A program made the translations under genes and the position numbers. Positions 10,106 to 18,638 of a stretch of 60,860 bases of DNA are shown here, in pieces. The stretch's first letter is position 1; every line of letters starts with the position of its first letter. This DNA comes from Acidimicrobiia bacterium. GTDB taxonomy: Bacteria; Actinomycetota; Acidimicrobiia; Spongiisociales; ZC4RG35. The stretch covers positions 1 to 60,860 of the forward strand of contig JBHHWH010000003.1 of NCBI GenBank assembly GCA_046756405.1, given 5' to 3'. The notes beneath the pieces are model-generated. The model saw only the letters and a program-made list of their open reading frames with translations. It had not been told where the DNA came from and did no database searches.

Positions 10106-11235
10106 CCGGTGGCCTCCTCTAAGAGCTCGGCGAACAGGACCTCGATCCGGGGGTCCTCCACTCCCCGGTCAGCGAGATAGGAGGAGAAGGCGTGGCGGGG
10201 GTCGAGGCTACGCCGGTGTTCCTCTCCATCGAGTTCCTTTCTCTCGGTGGGAAGGACGGAGACAGCCACGGCTCCGGGGATGGCCTGACGCACCTCATCG
10301 GCAAGGCCCACCCGTCCCTTCTCATCCAGCACCACCTTCACCCAGGCACCGGCAACTTCATCGGCCTTAGCCAGAGCCTGGTCCAGGGTTCCCTGGAGGG
10401 TGACCAGGCGCCGCCCAGCGGTGTGGGGAACCTGGGTGACCCGAGCCGGGAGGCCAGGTTCCGCCTCGACTATGAGGGCGCCCTTCTCATCGTCCACCTC
10501 GCCAAAGTCGAGTTGGAGGGGCGAGCCCGAATACCACACCGCCCCGGCGTGGGGGATGCGTTGAAGCCGGTGGAGGTGACCCAGGGCCACGTAGGAGAGG
10601 TGACCGGGGAAAACGGCGGCGGGAACGGCATAGCCAAAGATGTGGGCCTCCCGCTCCCCTCCTCCGGCCCTGGCCCCGTAGACGGTGAGGTGAGCGATGA
10701 GGAGGTTCACCGTATCCAGCGTCATCCCCTCGGTGAGCTTGTCGATCACCCGTCGCAGGCGGTCCTGGTATTCGCCGGCATGTTGGTCAGGGTCGAGATT
10801 CATGATCTCTTCCACACCGACGATGCCCCGCTGGGAGACGAAGGGGAGGAGCGCCGCTCTCACCCCGAGATCGGGAAGCTCGATGACCCCTCCCGAATCC
10901 GGCGATCGGGGAGCACCCACGATGGTGATGCGCCCTGCGGCGGCCACGGGGGCTACGGCATCGAGGCGGCGGGGGCTGTCGTGGTTGCCGGCGATGGCCA
11001 GGACAGGGGCGATCTCGGCCAGATCGAGCAGGGCACGCCACACGATCTCCTCGGCCGCCGGACTGGGTGAGGAGCGGTCGAAGACATCGCCGGCGACAAC
11101 GGCGAGGTCTACGGCGTTGTCCGCGGCAATCTCCACCAGTTCGGCCAGGACGGCGCGGTGCTCATCGGAGCGGTCACGCCCGCGGATGTGCCGCCCGACG
11201 TGCCAGTCGGAGGTGTGAAGGATCTTGATGGCCAC
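10102..11235 (-). CDS. sbcD: Mre11/SbcD-family metallophosphoesterase nuclease
   Basis: Phosphoesterase motifs are present: ILHTSDWHVG, VVAGDVFD, IAGNHD, IAHLTVYG and GHLH. It is 377 aa. Confidence 0.9.
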   Translation of the reverse strand: MAIKILHTSDWHVGRHIRGRDRSDEHRAVLAELVEIAADNAVDLAVVAGDVFDRSSPSPAAEEIVWRALLDLAEIAPVLAIAGNHDSPRRLDAVAPVAAAGRITIVGAPRSPDSGGVIELPDLGVRAALLPFVSQRGIVGVEEIMNLDPDQHAGEYQDRLRRVIDKLTEGMTLDTVNLLIAHLTVYGARAGGGEREAHIFGYAVPAAVFPGHLSYVALGHLHRLQRIPHAGAVWYSGSPLQLDFGEVDDEKGALIVEAEPGLPARVTQVPHTAGRRLVTLQGTLDQALAKADEVAGAWVKVVLDEKGRVGLADEVRQAIPGAVAVSVLPTERKELDGEEHRRSLDPRHAFSSYLADRGVEDPRIEVLFAELLEEATG

Positions 11236-11304
11236 GAATCGATCGTATCCCCGGATTGGGACGGATTGGTTTTCCTAAGGGGCCCGGGGGCGCGTAGGCG
11301 CCGC

Positions 11305-12963
11305 CTACAGACCCTCGAAGGGGTCCTCGGGTCCCTCCCCTACCGGAAGGATGGCCTCCGATGCCCGGGTGGCCCAGGCGGGGAAGGGGAACTCCACCAC
11401 CAGCGGAAGGGGAAGCTCGGGCTGGCTGACGATCATCGTCCCCGGCTTGAGGATCGTGGCCCGCTGGCGATGGGCTCCGGGCAGGAACCGGTATTCCTCC
11501 CGGGCGGCCTCGGCGGAGTCGAGTCGGCCTACCACGCGTATCGAGGAGTTGGCGATGATCCGCCTCTCCACCTCGGAGGCCGTCTGCTGGGCGCCGATGA
11601 GGATGACTCCCAGGGACCGCCCCCGCTCGGCGATGTCCAACAGCACTTCCTTGATGGGGCTGAAGCCCTCCCGGGGTGCGTACTTGTTGAGCTCGTCGAG
11701 GACCACCAGCAGCATCTCGTCGGACTGCCCGGCCCTCTCCTTGTCCTCGAAGGTTCGCTTGAGGACCACGCCGACCACGAACCGCTTGGCCCGGTCGTTG
11801 AGATTGTGGAGGTCGACCACGGTGACCTGGTGGTCGAGCTGGATGCGATGCCGCTCCGGGTTGGGGACATCGGCGCGGACTAGACGACCCAGATGTCTCA
11901 CCGAAGCATGGAGACGGCGGATGAAGGCATTGATGGTCCCGGTTCCGATGGCCGGGCCGGCCCACAGATGGCGCTCCACATCGTCCTGGACCTTGGTGGT
12001 AATGAGATCGGCCAGTTCCCGGAAGGTGCGCACCTTGGCCCCGTCGATGATCGCCGCTCCGGTCTCCGTGGGCTCTGCTCGGCGGAGCTGGGCCATGACG
12101 TTGTAGACCACCGTCGTGTACTGGGCCCGCTCGTCTTCGGAATCGGCGAATAGGAAGGGGAGCAGATCGTCGACGCAGAACTCGTGGATGCTCCAGAAGA
12201 AGGAGGTGACATCGGCGCGAGAGCCGACGTCGGCGGTGGCCTTGGGGTCATCGATCCGGGGCGGAGCGAAGACCCCCAGGGAGACAAAGGGCCCAGCAGG
12301 CAGACCCAGTTCGGCGTACCGCGCCCGCTGCTCGTCGTCGAGGCGGGCGTTGGCCTGGTCCAGGTGGAGAAGATCCTCACCCTTGACGTTGAAGACCAGG
12401 CCCTTGGTGTTCACAGACGCCTTGCCCAGGACACCTGAGGTGAACAGGGAGTGGAGGAGAAAGGTGGCGTAGCTGGTCTTGGTGGCCACCCCGGAGATAC
12501 CGCTGATGTTGACGTGGGCGCCGCGCTCGCCGTTGAGGAATTCCAGGTTCACCCACAGGGGCTCGCCGTCGCGGGTCAGGCCGACGGGAAACTTGCGGTC
12601 CATACGGTCGAAGAAGAGGGCCTGGTTGCGTTCCTCGCCTTTGGCCCGCCGGACCTCCTGGCCGGGAAGGGGCGGAACGAAGATCTCCGGCTCGAAGCGG
12701 GTAGCGGTGACCTCAGCCACCTCGGTGACCTCAGCTGGCAGCACCCCTTCGTGGATGAGGAAGACATCGGAGTCGAAACGGGCGCCCTCATGACGGGCCA
12801 ATACCTGGACCACGCTTCCGTAGATCCGCACCTGCTCCCCCGACGGGAGGGTCCGTTCCAGGGCCACCACGTCGTCGAGCTGGAGGTACTGCCGTTCCCC
12901 GACCCCCACCCAGAACTGGAGGGGGGTGGCGTCCCTCGTTCCGAGAACTCTTCCCACGCTCAT
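11305..12963 (-). CDS. HerA/FtsK-like hexameric ATPase (HAS-barrel N-terminus) with atypical P-loop
   Basis: I trimmed the start to ATG 12963 (MSVGRVLGTRDATPLQFWVGV). The ORF-track start at 13152 adds an Arg/Pro-rich extension and would leave no room for the divergent gene. Walker B is LLVVLDELNKYAP, and the HerA/FtsK-like sensor block is LGVILIGAQQTASEVERRIIANSSIRVVGRL. The P-loop reads GISGVATKTS. Confidence 0.7.
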   Translation of the reverse strand: MSVGRVLGTRDATPLQFWVGVGERQYLQLDDVVALERTLPSGEQVRIYGSVVQVLARHEGARFDSDVFLIHEGVLPAEVTEVAEVTATRFEPEIFVPPLPGQEVRRAKGEERNQALFFDRMDRKFPVGLTRDGEPLWVNLEFLNGERGAHVNISGISGVATKTSYATFLLHSLFTSGVLGKASVNTKGLVFNVKGEDLLHLDQANARLDDEQRARYAELGLPAGPFVSLGVFAPPRIDDPKATADVGSRADVTSFFWSIHEFCVDDLLPFLFADSEDERAQYTTVVYNVMAQLRRAEPTETGAAIIDGAKVRTFRELADLITTKVQDDVERHLWAGPAIGTGTINAFIRRLHASVRHLGRLVRADVPNPERHRIQLDHQVTVVDLHNLNDRAKRFVVGVVLKRTFEDKERAGQSDEMLLVVLDELNKYAPREGFSPIKEVLLDIAERGRSLGVILIGAQQTASEVERRIIANSSIRVVGRLDSAEAAREEYRFLPGAHRQRATILKPGTMIVSQPELPLPLVVEFPFPAWATRASEAILPVGEGPEDPFEGL

Positions 12964-13033
12964 CGTTGGCGAGAGTAGACCGGCGCGAGGACAGATCCGT
13001 GTTCCGACCGTCCGAAGCAACCAAGATGTGGGC

Positions 13034-13471
13034 ATGAGGCTGTTACTCGTAGTCCTGGTAGGAGCTGTCGGTGGGCTCGCCGGAGCCCTCCAGTCGCGGT
13101 TCTTGGGCCTGATGGAAGAGAAGGCTGGAACCCTGGCCTCCACCTTCGTCACCTACGGAGGGGGTGGCTTAGCTATCGGGCTGCTGATGCTGGCCTTCGG
13201 CGGCGGACGTCTCGCCAGCCTGCGCGACGTCCCCTGGTGGGCCTTCACGGCAGGGGTCATGGGCCTGGCGGTGGTGGCTTCCCTTGGCATCACCGTCAAC
13301 CGGCTAGGGCTCGGCGCCGGACTGACCCTCTTCACCGGCTCCACCCTGATCCTGGCGGCGCTGATCGACCACTTCGGATGGTTCGACGAGCCCCACCTCC
13401 TCGACGTCCGCCGTATCAGCGGGGTCGCCCTGGTGATCCTAGGAACCTGGCTCGTGGTGGGAGGTCGCTGA
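13034..13471 (+). CDS. DMT-superfamily membrane protein, YdcZ/DUF606-like
   Basis: I trimmed the start to ATG 13034 (MRLLLVVLVGAVGG). It is 145 aa with 4-5 TM segments, and its length and Gly-rich helices are typical of DUF606. Confidence 0.65.
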   Translation: MRLLLVVLVGAVGGLAGALQSRFLGLMEEKAGTLASTFVTYGGGGLAIGLLMLAFGGGRLASLRDVPWWAFTAGVMGLAVVASLGITVNRLGLGAGLTLFTGSTLILAALIDHFGWFDEPHLLDVRRISGVALVILGTWLVVGGR

Positions 13472-15259
13472 GGGAGGTGGAGGCATCCGCAGGCTCCCCC
13501 AAGGACGTTCCGAAACTCCCAAGGAGTCATCGACCCGCCTAGCAGCCGAGGTGTCGTCCCGAGGAAGGGTGAGTTCAAAGATCGTCTTACCTTGTTCGCG
13601 GCGGTAGACGAGATCCCCTCCCATCCTGCGAGAGAGCTCACGCGACAGGCTCAGCCCCAAACCCATCGATTCGGTGTGACCCGAGGGCCGGGTGGCCGTC
13701 CAATAGTGCTCGAAAATCCTCTCTTCGGCGCCTCGAGGAACGCCAGGACCATGATCGATGACCCTGACAACAGCCCGCCCGGGCTCACCTGCAATCTCGA
13801 CACGAATCGGACCTCTCCCGTGTCGAACCGCGTTGGCCACCAAGTTACGCACGATCTGACGGACGCGACCGGGGTCACACCAGGCGACAACTTCATCGCC
13901 AATGACACCCACTTCACGATCTTCGAGGTCGATCGTGGGCAGCGTTGCCATGACTTCGTCCCTAAGACTGACCGCCATCGGGGCCACGGCGAGCTCCCCT
14001 AGCTCAGCCCTTGCTGAAGCCAGCAGATCTTCGATTATCCCAGCCATCTGGCGGCTCGCCGAGGCGATCGCCGCGATCATCTCGGCGACGTCCGACGCCA
14101 GGGCCGAGGCGTCAGCTTCAAGAAGGCTGGAGTAACCAAGAATGGCCGAAAGGGGCGTCCGTAGCTCATGAGATACGGATGCGATCAGGCGCGACTTGAG
14201 GTCGGACAGCTCCTCGGCCCGCCTACGGGCCTCTTCAGCCTCAGTGATGTCGAGGTGTGCCATAACCGCACGGCTGTAGTCTGGCTCGCCGTTCAGCGAA
14301 GGCACGATCACCTTCACTTGGAGGTGTCGTGTCCCATCGGGGCGAACCAGGTCGACCTCATATTCGCCTTCGAGGACGCCGCCGCCGAAGCTCTCGATCA
14401 GCCGACCGACAACCTCGGATTCGGGAGGAGTCGCCAGCTGGGCCCTCCCCAGCGGGCCAATGAGTTCATCTCGGTCTACCCCGAACAGTCGGCCGGCGGC
14501 AGGGTTCGCCTCAATTACCTCGATACGGTCCAGGAAGTCCAGCAGCAACTCCGGGGCGTTGGCCACATACTCACCGATTTCGGTGATCCCTTTGGATCTC
14601 AGCTCCGCAACCCACGCCTGTGCCCGGCGGAGGTCGAGCAGTCGAACGGCAACGGGAGACGACTCGAAGAGCGCTCGGAACCGATTTCGCGACTCCTCGA
14701 GGGCAAGGCGCGCCGCTTGCCCAGCGGTCACATCCTCCACTGCGCCCCGCAGCTCACCCGTCTCCCCTATCAGCCGCACCCACACCTTCGCTGGAAACTC
14801 GGTACCATCGAGACGGACGAGGTCGGTTTCAAACCCGTCTACATACCCCTTGGACCGCAGCTCCTTCATCATGCGCTCGCGGTCCTCGGGAGAAGGCCAC
14901 ACGCGGATCTCGTCAAATCCCCGGGCAGCTTCGATCGACTCGTGGCCAAACATGCGGAGATAGGCGTCGTTGGCTTCGATCAGAACCCCATCGATCGTGC
15001 TGATAAAGACCCCGATCGGCACATCCCACACTGCCCTCGCCTGCTCCATAGCCATCTGACGCCATCGTCGCTGCGACGAAATCAGTGTGGCGATCCCTCC
15101 GGTCACGAGCACCGTCAGCAGCAAGCGGAGTAGAGCTGTCCAGGTTCCGTTCTCGGCCAGGGTGCCGGCGAAAGGAATGCCGCTCCAAATGCCTAAGGCC
15201 ATCCCGCCAAAAAGCGCGAGCGCGAACAAGCCCAGTCGATTCCCTCGAGTCATCGCCAA
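13439..15259 (-). CDS. PAS-domain sensor histidine kinase (no cognate response regulator in window)
   Basis: The H-box is SHELRTPLSAILGYSSLL, the N-box is VRNLVANAVRHG, and G-boxes are IDHGPGVP and GLGLSLSRELSRRMGG. There are two N-terminal TM helices. Confidence 0.85.
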   Translation of the reverse strand: MAMTRGNRLGLFALALFGGMALGIWSGIPFAGTLAENGTWTALLRLLLTVLVTGGIATLISSQRRWRQMAMEQARAVWDVPIGVFISTIDGVLIEANDAYLRMFGHESIEAARGFDEIRVWPSPEDRERMMKELRSKGYVDGFETDLVRLDGTEFPAKVWVRLIGETGELRGAVEDVTAGQAARLALEESRNRFRALFESSPVAVRLLDLRRAQAWVAELRSKGITEIGEYVANAPELLLDFLDRIEVIEANPAAGRLFGVDRDELIGPLGRAQLATPPESEVVGRLIESFGGGVLEGEYEVDLVRPDGTRHLQVKVIVPSLNGEPDYSRAVMAHLDITEAEEARRRAEELSDLKSRLIASVSHELRTPLSAILGYSSLLEADASALASDVAEMIAAIASASRQMAGIIEDLLASARAELGELAVAPMAVSLRDEVMATLPTIDLEDREVGVIGDEVVAWCDPGRVRQIVRNLVANAVRHGRGPIRVEIAGEPGRAVVRVIDHGPGVPRGAEERIFEHYWTATRPSGHTESMGLGLSLSRELSRRMGGDLVYRREQGKTIFELTLPRDDTSAARRVDDSLGVSERPWGSLRMPPPPSATSHHEPGS

Positions 15260-15306
15260 CGGGTTCGTATCGGTGCTAGGTCCCTCCGTCTTAAGGGCTT
15301 TGGACC

Positions 15307-15723
15307 CTATTTGGAGACCCCGCTCTCCCCGGCAAGGGCCTCGCGGATCGCTGCCGCCGCAGACTCCAGCTCCTCGCGTTCGACGTGGGGGGCGGCGTTG
15401 GCAAAGTCGAGGTCGTGTACCCCATCGATAGGTACCACGTGGACATGGAGATGGGGCACCTCCAGCCCGGCGATCATCAGACCTACCTTGGTGGGCGAGA
15501 AGGCCCTCTGGATGCCCCTGCCGATCTTCTGGGCCACGGCGAAGAGATGGTCGCGAAGGTCATCCGGACAGTCGATCCAGTGGTCGATCTCATCGCGGGG
15601 AACCACCAGGGTGTGCCCCCGGCGCAATGGGTTGATGGACATGAAGGCGACGCAGCGGTCGTCCCTCCATACGAAGGTCCCGGGGATCTCCCCTTCGATG
15701 ATCTTGGTGAAGATAGTGGCCAT
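15307..15723 (-). CDS. HIT-family nucleotide hydrolase/transferase
   Basis: It is 138 aa, with the histidine triad HLHVHVVP and N-terminal MATIFTKIIEGEIPG. Confidence 0.9.
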   Translation of the reverse strand: MATIFTKIIEGEIPGTFVWRDDRCVAFMSINPLRRGHTLVVPRDEIDHWIDCPDDLRDHLFAVAQKIGRGIQRAFSPTKVGLMIAGLEVPHLHVHVVPIDGVHDLDFANAAPHVEREELESAAAAIREALAGESGVSK

Positions 15724-15741
15724 GTCCCCGGAGACTATCCG

Positions 15742-16941
15742 CTAGCCCCGAACCGCGACCACCCGGTAGACGGCGTCGGTGGTGAGGACGTACATCTCCC
15801 CCTCCGGATCAATACCGAAGCTGACCACTTGACCTGGAATGCCCACCTGGTCGGTCCAGTCGGCCTCATCGACCACCTGGCCGGCCTCGTATCGGAAGCT
15901 GCGTAGGTAGCCGCCGCAGAAGTCGGAGTAGAAGTAGTGGCCAGCCAACTCGGGGATCGCCTCCCCCCGGTAGACGATCCCTCCCGTGATGGCGCAGTCA
16001 CCCGCTTCCCCGAGCGGTACCTCCACCTGAGGCAGGGTGAGCCCCGTGGTGTCACAGCCCGAGGAGGGACGGAAGCAGTGGAGCCCCTCGGTGATCGGCC
16101 AGCCAAAGTTGAGGCCCGCCTCCAAGGGCGCCACAGTTATCTCTTCGAAACGGTTCTGGCCCACGTCGGCGATATAGATGAGCTCGCCGTCGATCCAGAA
16201 GCGCCATGGGTTGCGCAACCCGTAGGCGAAGAGGGTGGGGTTGGGGTCGCCATCCACCGACAGGGCCACGATGCCACCAAGAAGGGTGTCGGTGTTCTGA
16301 CCGTTGCCGAACTGGTCGCCGGCTCCTCCCCCGTCCCCCAGACCCACATAGAGCCTCCCGTCGGGACCGAACTGGATCATCCCCCCGTTGTGGTTCGATG
16401 CCGGCTGGTCAAGACGAAGCAGCACCCGCTCCGAGTCCGGATCGAACCCGTCGAGCCCTAGAGCAAACTCGCTGACCACTGTGTCGCCGTCGTTGGCCGA
16501 GTAGTGAACGAAAAGCCGGGTCCCGTCCTCGGGATGGGGGGCGATGGCAAACAGCCCCTGCTCGCCTCGGTTGCGCACCCGCTCCCGGATGTCGAGGGAG
16601 GGTTTCTCCAAGAAGACCTCCCCATTGGCGAAGGCCCAGACCATGCCCGCTTTGGTGGCCAGGTGGCCCACCTCGCCACCGGGCTGTGTGGCCAGGTGGA
16701 TGGGGAAGGCGAGCTCGGCCACCAGTTCGTAGGCGATGGTTTGGAGAGGGGCCAGGGTGGAGGTGGTCGTGGTCGGCGTCGTAGTCGAAGTGGTCGCCGG
16801 CACCTCGCTTGTAGGGACCGTTGACGTCGTGGTCGTCGTGGTGGTTGGCTGGGGTTCAGTCGTCACCTGCTCCACGGTGGGAGCGCAGGACGTCACCACA
16901 AGCAACAAAACCGCGCCTGCTCGCCGCATGGGCTGACACAT
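15742..16941 (-). CDS. PQQ-dependent sugar (glucose/sorbosone) dehydrogenase-like beta-propeller lipoprotein
   Basis: It has the lipobox LLLVVTSC, a Thr-rich linker (TTEPQPTTTTTTTSTVPTSEVPATTSTTTPTTTTS) and DQPASNHNGGMIQFGPDGRLYVGLGDGG. The start is ATG 16941 or 16929. The ORF-track start at 16989 lies in AT-rich intergenic-looking DNA. Confidence 0.8.
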   Translation of the reverse strand: MCQPMRRAGAVLLLVVTSCAPTVEQVTTEPQPTTTTTTTSTVPTSEVPATTSTTTPTTTTSTLAPLQTIAYELVAELAFPIHLATQPGGEVGHLATKAGMVWAFANGEVFLEKPSLDIRERVRNRGEQGLFAIAPHPEDGTRLFVHYSANDGDTVVSEFALGLDGFDPDSERVLLRLDQPASNHNGGMIQFGPDGRLYVGLGDGGGAGDQFGNGQNTDTLLGGIVALSVDGDPNPTLFAYGLRNPWRFWIDGELIYIADVGQNRFEEITVAPLEAGLNFGWPITEGLHCFRPSSGCDTTGLTLPQVEVPLGEAGDCAITGGIVYRGEAIPELAGHYFYSDFCGGYLRSFRYEAGQVVDEADWTDQVGIPGQVVSFGIDPEGEMYVLTTDAVYRVVAVRG

Positions 16942-16955
16942 TACGTTTACCGTGG

Positions 16956-18299
16956 ATGCTCGTGAGTGAAACAGTAAAGAACGATCCAAAGACCATCTTC
17001 GCCTGGGCCATGTACGACTGGGCGAACTCCGCTTACATCACCACCTTCGGTGCCATCGTCGCCGCCTTCTTCACCGGGGTGATCGTGCCAGACGGAGGGT
17101 TCCGTGGGTTCTCAGGCCAGACCCTATGGTCGGCGGTGGTGTCGATCGGCGCCATCCTTCTCTTCATCTGGATGCCGGTGCTCGGCGCGGTGGCCGACTT
17201 CGCCGCGGCGAAAAAGGAGTTTCTTCGCCTCTTCGCTTGGGTGGGCGCCATCACCACCATCATCCTGCCCTTCGTCCCCGACGGCGCCGTGGTGCTCTTT
17301 CTGCTCGTGGTGCTGGTCACCCAGATCGGCTTTGTGGCCGCCAACGTCTTCTACGACGGGTTCCTCAAGGCCATCACCACCGATGAAACTATCGACAAGG
17401 TGTCGTCCAAGGGCTTCGCCATGGGCTACATCGGAGGAGGCCTCTACGTTCTCCTCGCCCTGGCCCTGATCCTCCTCAGCGGCGATGGTGGGGTCACCGG
17501 GCTCTCGGTCGAGACCGCCTCCCGCATCGGTATCGCCGGCGCGGGAGCCTGGTGGCTGCTGTTCACCACCTACTCGTTACGCCGCTTGCCCGACGACACC
17601 GGAGCCGAGGAGCTACCAGAGGGGTACAGGGACAAGCCACGCTGGCTGGCCTACGCCCAGATCGGTTTCAGCCGCACCTGGGCCACCGGCAAGAAGATGC
17701 TCGGCTTCAAGCAGCTCCTCCTCTTCGTGCTCGCCTACCTCATGTACAACGATGCCACCCAGACGGTGATCGGTGTCTCCGGGGCGTACGCCGAGGAGAC
17801 CTTGGGCCTCGCCGCGGCGGAGATCATCATCACCTTCCTGATCGTCCAGTTTGTGGCCTTCGGTGGCGCCCTCGCCTTCGGGGCCCTGGCAGGCAGGATC
17901 GGGGCCAAGGGAGCGATCATGGTCTCCCTGGTGATCTGGATAGGGATCGCCGTGGCCGCCTACTTCCTTCCCGTGGGCGACCCGATTCCCCTCTACGTGC
18001 TGGCGGTGTTCGTCGGCTTCGTCCTCGGCGGCGTCCAGGCCCTGTCCCGCAGTCTCTACGGGTCGATGATCCCCGAAGAAGCCGCCGCGGAGTTCTACGG
18101 CTTCTACTCGGTGTTCTCCAAGTTCGCCGCCATCTGGGGCCCGTTGGTGTTCGCCCTGGTGAGCAACGCCACCGGCTCGGGAAGACCCGCGATCCTCTCG
18201 GTGGTCTTCTTTTTCGCCCTCGGACTGATCCTGCTCTCCTTCGTCAACGTTGAGGAGGCCCGAGTGTCTCGGGAACGCTGGGTCTTCACGGAAACGTAG
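16956..18299 (+). CDS. MFS transporter, UMF1/Atg22-like family
   Basis: I trimmed the start to ATG 16956 (alternative GTG 16962). The N-terminal motif is FAWAMYDWANSAYITTF, followed by about 12 TM segments. Confidence 0.8.
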   Translation: MLVSETVKNDPKTIFAWAMYDWANSAYITTFGAIVAAFFTGVIVPDGGFRGFSGQTLWSAVVSIGAILLFIWMPVLGAVADFAAAKKEFLRLFAWVGAITTIILPFVPDGAVVLFLLVVLVTQIGFVAANVFYDGFLKAITTDETIDKVSSKGFAMGYIGGGLYVLLALALILLSGDGGVTGLSVETASRIGIAGAGAWWLLFTTYSLRRLPDDTGAEELPEGYRDKPRWLAYAQIGFSRTWATGKKMLGFKQLLLFVLAYLMYNDATQTVIGVSGAYAEETLGLAAAEIIITFLIVQFVAFGGALAFGALAGRIGAKGAIMVSLVIWIGIAVAAYFLPVGDPIPLYVLAVFVGFVLGGVQALSRSLYGSMIPEEAAAEFYGFYSVFSKFAAIWGPLVFALVSNATGSGRPAILSVVFFFALGLILLSFVNVEEARVSRERWVFTET

Positions 18300-18308
18300 A
18301 GTCTCCCT

Positions 18309-18638
18309 ATGGCCGAACCCGTAGACGACCTTCACGGCGAAGAAGCCTCCCCAGAGCCGAGCAAGCCGAGAACACCGGTCAGCCCTGGATTCCCCTGGGG
18401 TGGGGTCCTCTCCGCCGTCGCCCTGGCGGTCGTGGTGATCTTCGCCGTGCAGAACACCGACCCGGTGAACGTCCGCTTCCTCGCCTGGGCGGCCGAATTC
18501 CCCCTGGCCACGGTGATCCTGGTGGCCGTGGCAGCGTCGGTGATCATGACCAACATCATTGGCGCCATCTACCGGCGCCGGAGACTGCGTCGGCGTGCCG
18601 AGAAGGAGGCGCTGAAAAAGCTGCGCAGTGAGGGCTAG
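18309..18638 (+). CDS. LapA-domain (DUF1049) small membrane protein
   Basis: It is 109 aa with two TM helices, the FAVQNTDPVNVRFLAW motif and a basic tail RRRRLRRRAEKE. Confidence 0.6.
   Translation: MAEPVDDLHGEEASPEPSKPRTPVSPGFPWGGVLSAVALAVVVIFAVQNTDPVNVRFLAWAAEFPLATVILVAVAASVIMTNIIGAIYRRRRLRRRAEKEALKKLRSEG

Noticed and set aside
6846-12963. Reading the HerA-containing operon as an anti-phage defence system (Sir2-HerA or DUF4297-HerA type).
   Set aside because: The partners are Mre11, Rad50 and NurA, which form the DNA end-resection set. They are not an effector such as Sir2 or a DUF4297 nuclease. The flanking genes are ordinary transporters.
12964-13152. N-terminal extensions in the ORF track: HerA to 13152, GTPase to 27686, decarboxylase to 31399, FAH to 33243, binding protein to 40687, MFS to 16821, DUF606 to 12926, lipoprotein 2 to 51614 and dapE to 46485.
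   Set aside because: The extensions are Arg/Pro/Trp-rich and overlap neighbouring genes or divergent promoters. Internal starts give proper signal peptides, family-typical N-termini or ATGA/GTGA coupling.
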